Part shown: positions 14,395 through 23,385 of the stretch, piece after piece
How the letters are laid out: each line of letters begins with the position of its first letter
Numbering within the stretch: the stretch's first letter is position 1
Assembly (NCBI RefSeq): GCF_036321535.1
Contig: NC_087437.1
Coordinates: forward strand, 79,920,001 to 79,984,000
DNA length: 64,000 bases
Origin: Camelus dromedarius
Lineage: Eukaryota
Reading direction: 5' to 3'
The notes under the pieces: model-generated
Databases searched by the model: none
Told to the model about the DNA's origin: nothing
Seen by the model: only the letters and a program-made list of their open reading frames with translations
Translations under genes and position numbers: made by a program

Positions 14395-14773
14395 TGTCAG
14401 CCGAGGGAGGTTGACGTGGGGTTCTAGGAGGTGAGCAGCCCAAACGAAAAAATGCATGAGGAGTTGCAATACCTCCAGACAGACTTCAGCCGGAGACACC
14501 ATGGGGTTATCAACACTTTATTGCCACAGGGAGGTGCGCCTATGATGCACCTGTCCCGCTTTTATCTGTTTTCTGTCAGCACATGCGCAGAGTGAGTTTC
14601 TTTGTTCATTAGGCTTACAGAATATCTCTAGCACATGCGTACTTCTATTTTCTTTGTTCTAAATCTTATATAATTGACGCATGTGTGGAGCAATTATTTA
14701 CTGCATACTACGAACATGCTCTGATGGTGGCCTTGGGTCCCACGGCCTTAACTCATCTCAAGGCCAGCTCACA
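14395..14773 (-). repeat. 3' LTR (379 bp)
   Basis: TG...CA termini (TGTCAG...GCTCACA on +). Directly preceded on the minus strand by the env stop codon and a purine-rich tract. Confidence 0.96.
14517..14522 (-). terminator. LTR polyadenylation signal AATAAA
   Basis: TTTATT on +, conserved in the 5' LTR at 20531-20536. Confidence 0.7.
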
Positions 14774-14784
14774 TTCCACCACCT
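14774..14784 (-). promoter_or_regulatory. Polypurine tract
   Basis: AGGTGGTGGAA lies immediately upstream of the 3' LTR TG and overlaps the env stop. Confidence 0.75.
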
Positions 14785-16007
14785 AGGTCCTGGGGACCCT
14801 AGCCCACATGGCAGAGCATTGTGCCCAAAAACCACAACAACAATATAGAGTACAGCATCCTACTAATACACAGGCAGCTACAATAGCCAGGACAGCTAGG
14901 CTCCATCTCCAGGAGGACGTCAAGGATGACCACCAATTTTTAAGGGGGTCTTGAGTTACATTATCTATGCAATCCAATTCCTGATCTATTTCATGCAGTG
15001 CCTTAGTTAACTTCCTTCTGGTGATCTGGTATATAGATACAACATTCAATATGTAGCATAGCACATGTGCCACCCTGGCTTGCAGTGAGAATATCTAATG
15101 CCATTCTATTTTGTAAGACCACCTTTCGCATCTGGGTAGTCTCATCTAACAATTTCTCTATAACTCTTCTAGTAACATTCAGTATAGCTGATATGTGCTG
15201 AGCCAAAGCTTCTACCTGTAATTCGACACTGATGGTCCCAGCACCAGGCAGGAACAGGGCCATAGGATAAAACCATCAAGCTGCATGCTTTCCCTGGTGC
15301 CACCGGGTGTGCAGTGGGTCCCAGTTTGTGGGGCGCTCTGTTAAAATGGGCCAGATATGTCCGGGCAAGTAAGCTCTACCCCAAGTACAGCGCCCTGTCC
15401 ATTTAGCTGGGAGATAACACCATCCGTGGGTGCCGCATACCCACAGGTACCCTGGTGGCAAGAAATCAGTGGGGTTTACGCCAATTAAAGGTCGTCCATC
15501 CCACCAGGTGGAGGCATTTACATTATAAATAATTTTGGCACATAGTTCTTCTGGGAGCCACCCCACTGTGCGGTTTGGAGCCTTGTGTTCAAACTGCTGC
15601 TCAATACAGAGAGGGCTTAAATTTCTCATTTTTACATAAACACTATTCATCCATCCCCACCCATTCCATACAGTCCTTTCAATTGGGGGGGAGGCAATGC
15701 CCCGCTCACATCGGAGTATCTCTTCAATAGTCTGCCGCCGCAAGTCCCAGGGTGATTTTGCTGTCCTGTTGGCATTCCATTGAATCAAGGTGTTCCAATT
15801 AACTCTGGACACGGGGTGGAGGTGCCATGGCAGTCCATCTCCTGCGTCTATGGGAAGTTCAGTATAGACCCAACAGTGAGAGACGTTGTGGACTCGCGTG
15901 AATGTGTGTGCCCAGGAGAACATGGTATTTGCTGTTACCCTGGACAGAAGGACAGAGCAGAGGTGGACACCATGATTGGCAAATCTCTCCCTTCTGGGAG
16001 GATGCAA
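14783..16007 (-). pseudogene. env: Gamma-type envelope (SU and TM), with a stop at 15276 and a frameshift near 15010
   Basis: SU carries CWVY (degraded CWxC) and a CTWG region. TM has a fusion peptide ([13 protein letters not shown]), an ISD ([16 protein letters not shown]), CX6CC (CAMLHIECC), a hydrophobic helix and a Cys-rich tail ending at TAG 14785-14783. Confidence 0.95.
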
Positions 16008-16129
16008 GCCACTTTTTCATCCTGTGAGAATACAGTCGCACGAAGGGCTGTTTGCCCTGGGTGGTGGTACCACACCAACCTGCCATCACTAGGTTGGTTA
16101 CACTCTGGGAGAGCTTCAGGAGCTACCAG

Positions 16130-16435
16130 TGGAACTGCCCAAAGCCGTAGGGCTTCTGCTCCTTTAAGTAGGGACACTCCTGTGTTCCCTAGAGTAACAT
16201 GCACATCAAAAGGCCATTCCCCCACTCATGGGGTTACCTGCAGGGCTTTCTCTAGCCCATCACCCCATGGTTCCAAAAGGGTTAGCCAGGGGCCTTCAGT
16301 CTGGACCTGATTCTCCCATGTCCAGGTGTCCTGTTTTCCCGAGTTCAACATCCTGGGGGCATGTAATATTAACGTGTGCCCCACTGTTGAGACATCGGAG
16401 GCATTCTACATGGGCCCAACTCTGAGCCTCTGAAT
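16130..16435 (-). pseudogene. dUTPase-like relic segment within the pol C-terminal region
   Basis: The frame continuous with ORF 15935-16225 reads HTLILHAPRMLNSGKQDTWTWENQVQTEGPWLTLLEPWGDGLEKALQVTP*VGEWPFDVHVTLGNTGVSLLKGAEALRLWAVP. Its spacing resembles dUTPase motifs II-IV, but the catalytic residues are absent. Confidence 0.45.
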
Positions 16436-16449
16436 AGTCCCTTGCAATA

Positions 16450-17060
16450 ACTTTTCTAGTAGGCTCATACCTGTATGTAGGTTGTTCATTTAAAAGATGT
16501 ACCACCTGCGGCAAGACACTGTGGTTTGAGAGCCCTCAGTTTGTCCTTTAATAGGCCATTGTATCGTTCAATCATTCCTGCTGCTTGAGGATGGTAAGGC
16601 ACATGCAATATCCAGTTAATATCATTTTCCTTGGCCCATTCCTAGGTCTGTTGGGCAGTAAAAGGGGCCCCTGTATCACTTTGTATTTTTAAGGGTATCC
16701 CATAAAAGACCCATAAAACTTCCAGTGCTCTAATAGTAGAGTCTTATGTAGCTCGGGGCACATGGTGAGCAAAATCTAGACCAGTAGCGGTGTCTACCGC
16801 TGTCAGCAGGTACCGCAAGCCTGTACTAGGTGCAAAGAGGCCTACGTAACCTATTTGCCATACCTACAATGGCTGAATTCTCCATGCAATCTTCCCCATC
16901 TGTTGGGGCCATTGCCGCCGGCGCAGGTGGTGCTTAGCCCACCATGGACATTGCCGCACGGCATCTTTGGCTTCACTGTGGCTCAGGTGCAGGCCCCACC
17001 AGTCGGCTACCTGCCTCATTGTGTATGAGCCTACATGACCAAGTTTCTTATGGAGCCAAG
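16450..17060 (-). pseudogene. pol: Integrase zinc-binding domain and catalytic core
   Basis: HKKLGH...CPWW is a degraded HHCC motif. Manual translation past the stops gives WQIGYVG (expected WQID), VDTATG, IQSDTG and YHPQAAGMIERYNGLLK. Confidence 0.9.
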
Positions 17061-17104
17061 GACCTATGTTGGGTCCTGGAACCATGGCCTGTACAGGGCA
17101 AAGT

Positions 17105-17480
17105 TGGGCTAGCACATCAGCAGCATCATTGCCCGGTGCCAGGGCTGGGCGGTGCCCTGGTACATGGTAAACAGTATACTGGCCTTCTTGGCCTTTATCC
17201 CATAACTGTTTCCACATCTGTTGTCCCCATAGGGGCCGGTGCCCAATCATCCAGTCTTGCAGGGCCCATTGGGGTATCCACATTGCATGGCCCAACTATC
17301 GGTGCAAATCTGCAAGGGACTAGGTTCATTCATCAACACCAGCCATACTGCTCGTAACTAAGCCCATTGGCTGGATTGGCCTTCTCTGGTCTCATACCAG
17401 AAGGCTTCAGTGGCAGGGTGCAGGGCTACTGCAACCCAAGTGGGCGGACTGCCCTTACAAGATCCATCAGTATACCAAGC
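17105..17480 (-). pseudogene. pol: RNase H domain of pol
   Basis: Motifs WYTDGS, SSQWA*L (the Glu codon is now a stop at 17358), TDSW, HVPGH and GNDAAD. Frameshift near 17280. Confidence 0.9.
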
Positions 17481-18099
17481 AGTTCCCGGGGGTGGCCCTT
17501 TCCCTTCACAAAAGGGACTGGGCATAGGGTCCACCCCTTGTTGTGGGAGCATCTGTACGTCAGGCGCAACAAATCTCACAGGCTCTAACACCTGCTGCAA
17601 CTCTGCAGCCAAGGGGCTAGCGGTGTACTGGGCCCTCTCTTCCAAATAAGCACCCCACTTCGTCAGAGCTGGGGTTTGGGCAGTTCCCGATTGGGGTTGC
17701 TTTGCCCATGTCTGTACCCACCCTGCAATAGGGCATGTGGTCTGCACTTGGACCTCTTGCTTCCCCGTCAGGGGTTCAGTGGCAATCAAGGATGCATAAG
17801 TTGCTGGCAATTTCTCAATCAGAGAATAACAACATTTAGCCCCTTTCCACAACTGAGACCAGAATCCTATGGGCACTTTCCATTGCCCATGTTTCTGCCA
17901 TAAGCCCCAGCCATATCCATCATTGTCCACATGGACTGTCAACCAGAAAGGAAGGTCTGGATCTATAATGTGAAGCGTTTGCACTTGGGCCACCACCCTC
18001 TTAGTTTCAACAAATGCGTATTTGGTCTCATCAGACCAATTCCAGACTTCTCCATTTTTAATCAGTTTACATAGAGGTTTGGCTATTTGGGCCAAATGA

Positions 18100-18860
18100 G
18101 GAATAAATACCTGCCAGTATCCCAGAGGACTTAAATAAGTCTGTAACTGCTAAACTGTTTCAGGGTGGGAATATGCCTGGATCTTGTCTATTACTGCTCC
18201 AGGCAGCACTTTCGTCTTACCCGACCAGACAGCACCTGAGAATCTGACAGAATATCCAGGTCCTTGCACTTTGTCCTTGTTCGTGGTCCATCCCCCGCCC
18301 GCCAGGGCTTCTCGCAGCGCTGTGGCACTGGTTTCCAAATCTGAAAGCGAATCAGAAGTTAGAATTATGTCATCTATATAATGGAACACATGAACAGTAT
18401 CCGGTTTGCTCCATGTAGCCAGGTCCTGGGCCACCAGGCCATGGCACAGTGTGGGGCTGTGCAGATATCCCTGCGGCAACACAACAAATGTCCATTGTCT
18501 GACTTCCCAGGTGAAGGCAAACTGTTCTTGGCTCTCAGGGACTATGTCTATCAAGAAGAATGCATTAGACAGATCAACCACATAGTGACAAGTACCCAGT
18601 CTATGGGACAGCCGGTCCATCAAATCTGTTATATTCATCACAGCTGCATGCATGAGGGGAGTGACTTTATTCAGTTCCCGATAGTCCACTGTCATCCTCC
18701 AGGAGCCGTATGGCTTCTGCACTGGTCACACTGGAGAGTTATATGGGCTATGCGCAGCCCGAGTTACATTGGCTTCCTCAAGCTTTAGAATAGTCTGTCC
18801 TATTTCCTCATGGCCTCCGGGCAATCGATTTTGCCGGACAGCCACCATTCGTGTGGCCTG
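18100..18860 (-). pseudogene. pol: Reverse transcriptase domain of pol
   Basis: Motifs SPYNSPV*PVQK, WRMTVDYRELN, DLSNAFF, FAFTW, LPQGYLHSP and YIDD (18369-18380). Stops at 18726 and 18150. Confidence 0.97.
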
Positions 18861-18899
18861 TGGCAAAATTAAAGGTGCGTGATGAGGATGCCCCCATAT

Positions 18900-19277
18900 A
18901 ACTGTTTTCACCACGTGAACTCTCAGGTGAAATTCCCCTTGAGTCATCTGTATTTGCAATCCTTGCAAAATGTCTATCCCCAGAATATATTCAGCTATTG
19001 GGGATATATGCACTTCATTTGCAGCAGGGGGCAGATGGCCAATGCCCAAAATCAGAGTCTCTTGTTTAACATACATTTGCTTGTTTCCATATCCTTCTAT
19101 ATCAACCCATGGCCCCTGAAAACGTTCCAGATTTCCATGCACCAATGTAATTTCAGCTCCTGTGTCTACTAGTGCCAGTATTCACTGTTTATTCATGGGG
19201 GACCAGTGGATAGTCAGTTCAACATGTAGCCTCCAGTCACTGGGATGCCCCCCGTCCTGAACACCTTGGCCTTCCTC
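18900..19277 (-). pseudogene. pro: Retroviral aspartic protease
   Basis: LALVDTGAEITL active site (Asp codon 19166-19164) and the ILGIDIL motif, in the same frame as the gag C-terminus. Premature TGA at 19185-19183. Confidence 0.9.
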
Positions 19278-20340
19278 CTAGTCTGGGAGGAAATCAGCAA
19301 AGGCCACCTCTCAGGCCTGTTGGGAGGTTGGCAACGGAGAATATTGTTGCTCAGGCCATAATTGCTTCCTTAAGGCCATCAGCACCTCCAAAGGTTGGCC
19401 ATGTAATTTTACACGGTTTAGGCCAGCTGCCAGTAAATCACACCATATCTGCTGGCAATCTAGCTTTTGGGGCCCTCCTAAAATTGGAGGATTCCCCTTT
19501 TTCCTCCTCTGTGTGGACTTCCCTTTCTGAGTCACTGCACAGGAGGAGGGGGTCTTGGACTCACCTTGAGTCTTGGCAGCACGTACCCCCTTTCGGCGCA
19601 CCTCTCTGTCCCCCAGACGAGCCAGAGCCTCAGTTACTTCATGTATGGGGCGGTCTACATATGGTACTAGTAGGGCCGCCATACTCCCAAATGTTCCCAT
19701 TGGGCCATTAGCCAAAATCAAATCTTTCATTCGAACTGTAAGGAGCTCATCATTTAGACTATGGAAATGCAAAGCGAACATCATCTGGTGCATCCATTTC
19801 TCAGACAACTTGCATTAAGTCCAAATACTTGGTCCATTTACTCGTATGTCACTCACAGTGGTCCCGCAGGAGTTCCCCCCGAGCCATGGGCTCCTCCAGT
19901 TCCACCTGCTGCCTCACCATGGGCCATAGATGCAGTGGAAAGGGGCTAGGGGTCAGGCTTACTGCTCTCAGAGACAGTGGGACCAGAGCTACACAGGCAT
20001 AGCTGCTCTCAGAGGTGGCAGAGCTAGGACCATGCAGACACCTTTCTGCCATGCTGGGTCTCTGCTTAAGCTCCTCTTCTCTGCACTGCAACTCCTCCAC
20101 TTGCATCTGTAAATCTCTCATGTCTTGGCTAGCATGCTGTAAAACAGATAAGAACATCCAGGCCACCCTCCCGGCTGCCTCTTGGTGGGCTAATGGGACA
20201 TTATTTTCTAACAGCTCCAATGCCCTCTGGACATCATCTGGCCAGGGCACCACTGTGTCCCAATCCTGAGGTTGAGCCCACGTCAGCAAATAGGTGGCCA
20301 CCGGGTACCATACAGAGGTAGGGGGCCACTTTGCTTCCAT
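19278..20340 (-). pseudogene. gag: ERV gag, frameshifted near 19810-19850 with an internal stop at 19311
   Basis: ATG at 20340 begins MEAKWPPTSVWYPVA. A coiled-coil-like stretch (DLQMQVEELQCREEELKQ) follows. ORFs 19849-20484 and 19311-19808 cover the region. It ends at an in-frame TAG (19280-19278) before pro. No CCHC knuckle is visible. Confidence 0.8.
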
Positions 20341-20379
20341 CAGAGCATCCCTGTCAGGGGCAGGGGGTTCAGAGGGGGC

Positions 20380-20388
20380 ACTCACCTC
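20380..20388 (-). promoter_or_regulatory. Putative major retroviral splice donor GAG|GTGAGT
   Basis: Consensus 5' splice site immediately downstream of the PBS and upstream of the gag ATG. Confidence 0.6.
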
Positions 20389-20406
20389 ATCCTGCTCACA
20401 GTGCAA
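20389..20406 (-). promoter_or_regulatory. Primer binding site, tRNA-Ser(CGA) type
   Basis: Minus strand reads TTGCACTGTGAGCAGGAT, 2 nt after the 5' LTR. This matches 16/18 to TGGCGCTGTGAGCAGGAT, the complement of the mammalian tRNA-Ser-CGA 3' end as I recall it. Confidence 0.85.
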
Positions 20407-20408
20407 AG

Positions 20409-20789
20409 TGTCAGCCAAGGGAGGCTGACGTGGAGTTCTAGGAGGTGAGCGGCCCAAACGAAAAAATGCACAAGGGGTTGCCATACCGCCAGACAGACTT
20501 CAGCCGGAGACACCATGGGGTTAACAATGCTTTATTGCCACAGGGAGGTGCACGCCTATGATTCACCTGCCCCGCCTTTATCTGTTTTCTGTCAGCACAT
20601 GCGCAGAGTGAGTTTCTTTGTTCATCAGGCTTACAGAATATCTCTAGCACATGCGTACTTCTATTTTCTTTGTTCTAAATCTTATATAATTGACGCATGT
20701 GTGGAGCAATTATTTACTGCATACTACAAACATGCTCTGATGGTGGCCTTGGGTCCCACGGCCTTAACTCATCTCAAGGCCAGCTCACG
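20409..20789 (-). repeat. 5' LTR (381 bp)
   Basis: Near-identical to 14395-14773 (18 substitutions and one 2-bp indel by manual alignment). Followed on the minus strand by the PBS. The first base reads CG rather than TG (G at 20789 on +). Confidence 0.96.
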
Positions 20790-22828
20790 GTGAGCCTATA
20801 AAATTAAGCCTCCTTTGATAATCAAATCCCTTAAGCTTTACTTCCTGAAATCATTTGATATAACTGGAAATGCTTAACTGCATTCTTAACCCACCATCAT
20901 TCAAATCAACTATCTGTTAACCATATTCCAGCCCTGGTGGTCTTCGGATTCTTCCATCACTCCAAGCATCCTTCTGAGGATTTTGAATTTTTTTTTTTTT
21001 CATTTGAGTGGTTTTTTAATTCTTCAGTTCCACCTAAAGTATTACTCTTAGGGTAGATTTCCCTAAATTAGTTCTTTTTGTCTGTTATTATCTCTCACAA
21101 ACACATTTGTTTTCCTCATAGTCCTCATCTCAATGTGTAAGTTTTTGGTTTACTACTTTGTTTCTGTTTCCTTTTGTAGAGAGTTAACTCACTGAAGTCA
21201 AGAATAGACACACACATACACACACACACACTCTTCCAGGATCTAGCAGAATATCTGGTATATAATAGATGAACTAAATAAACATGAATCAAATTAATGT
21301 TCTAGCTAAGAAATACAAATGTGCAAAACTAAAAATTGTACATTTATATTTGACTTGCACTTTTACAGGCCTCATATATGTCTGAAGTCTGTTTTTCCCT
21401 ATATTTCTCTACAGACAGCTAATGTTTTAGGCATTTTACCTATAATTTTTCTAGAAGACTCAAGGTATAATTTTTTTTTTTCATTTTAGCTTGTAATTCA
21501 ATTCTGCAGAGAGTTATAGCCCTTGAAAGACCTTGAAAGGTAAAAAGGACCAGGATAACCTCTGCTGACTGTGTAATCCTGTATGACTTACCTACTTACA
21601 TTGCTTAAGTTCATTATTTCCGTTTCCTTCTCTGTTAAATCGAGATAATAATAGCATTAAGAGAGTATTTCCAGGATAAAAATAAGAAAGAATATAGAAT
21701 TCTTAGGATAATACCTCACACTTAATAAAAGCTCAAAAAATGATAACTGTCACTTTGATGATTTAAACTGACAATAGCAAGGTAGTTGGAAGGAATCTGG
21801 AAGCCACACATTCACATACTTTTCCTTCTCTAGACAATATTAGACAATTTTAAAAATACTAAATATGGCAAGAGACAGAATAATATTTTCAAAGAAATTC
21901 CATGTGAATTACAACAAGATATCTTATTGCCACTTTCCAGAATACATACAGCAAATTTTAATGCCTCGGCCCTTTCTGACCCTTGGTGCCTCCCAGATGT
22001 GTTAGGGATGCTTCTTCTGTGCTTTCAGAAAGGCCTGGAGGACTTTTTCAAAAGTCAGTGATTCTCCAATAGTAAATACAGATTTGCATACAATAATCAA
22101 TCCGCTAATGACCAGGCTCTTAGAACTGCCACATAAGCTCTCCTGTTACCCTCCTGCAGTGTCCCTTCAACAGTCTCACATTTCTCCATCAGGTGAAGGT
22201 GTGAAGCATACAGTTTATTGCTCCTATCTTAGATCTTTTTTCTCTTTGAAAGTCAATGAAATGCTTTTTAAGATACTGTAGTCTTCCATCAACACCTTGT
22301 GACCAAAACCTACCCAGCTAATTGTGTGCCCTTCCAAACTCAACTTCAAACCTTTCAGCACTCTTCTGAATGTTTTAAACTTACTGCTTTCAGTGCTGCT
22401 TTATGAACTCCATCAGCAAATGTGACTGATGAAGTCTCAAAACAGCAGGAAAGGAGCCCTCTTTGTCAAGAACTAGTGTTCGACGCATGTATCACATCAG
22501 CAGATTTTAAAAATTCCATTTGCAAGTAGAAAATCCTGTTGGTGAGATGTTCCTAAGAGGATATTTTTGCCCATACACAATTAAATTAAAAAATCAGAAA
22601 TGCAAAGATTTTTCCCCCCATATCTAAAGTATAAAAAGGAAGGCTCTGCACTTAGTAAAGTCAACTCTGGGTGTAGTAAATTCAGTTCCATATGTGAGAA
22701 CAAGCAGGGTTTTAGAGCCTTGGTCTCAAAGAATAAATGGAATTTGGCCTGGGGCACAAAAAGCTAAGGGCAAACAGAAGTAGCAGCCAAAAGGGAGAGA
22801 ACAGAGTAGAAAAGAAAGAAAGAAGAAT

Positions 22829-23385
22829 TCATTTGTGTCATTTTTTAGATGCCACATACAAATGATATCATATGATATTTGGCTTTCTCTGTCTGACTTA
22901 CTTCACTTAGTATGACAATCTCCAGGTCCATCCATGTTGCTACAAAATCGCATTATTTTACTCTTTTTTATGGCTGAGTAGTATTCCATTGTATAAATAT
23001 ACCACAGCTTTTTTGTCCAGTCCATCCGTTGATGGATATTTAGGTTGTTTCCATGTCTTGGCTATTGTATACAGTGCTGCTATGAGCAGTGGGGTGCATG
23101 TATCTTTTCAAATGATACTTTTCCCTAGATATATACCCAGGAATGGGACTCATAGCAAGATTCTACTGTATAGTACAGGGAACTATATTCAATATCCTGT
23201 AATAAACATAACAGAAAAGACTAGGAATAAGAATACACACACACACACACACACACACATACACACACACACACATATATATAAAACTGAATCATACTTG
23301 CTGAACACTAGAAACTAACAACATTGTAAACCAACTGTATTTCAATTAAAAAATAAATTTAACAAAATTTTAAAATTAAAAAGAA
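22829..23385. mobile_element. 5'-truncated, 5'-inverted LINE-1
   Basis: 22829-23150 is antisense L1 ORF2-end sequence. 23151-23385 is sense L1 3'UTR (CAGGGAACTATATTCAATATC) plus an A tail. The flanks are AAAGAAAG-rich. Confidence 0.75.

Larger units (their letters stand above)
14395..20789 (-). mobile_element. Two-LTR endogenous retrovirus provirus, class III ERV-S-like, with env; defective
   Basis: Two ~380-bp direct repeats flanked by identical GTGAG at 14390-14394 and 20790-20794. Minus-strand order is PBS, gag, pro (DTGA), RT (LPQG, YIDD), RNase H, integrase, env, PPT. Confidence 0.97.

Noticed and set aside
14783..16007. env as a functional syncytin-like host gene
   Set aside because: It has an internal stop, a frameshift, lost furin and CxxC motifs, and no clear ATG.
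15780..20269. Plus-strand ORFs inside the provirus (for example 15780-16310, 16944-17357, 18381-18788) as antisense viral genes
   Set aside because: They are short, GC-rich shadows of pol, gag and env, mostly with non-ATG starts and no recognisable motifs.
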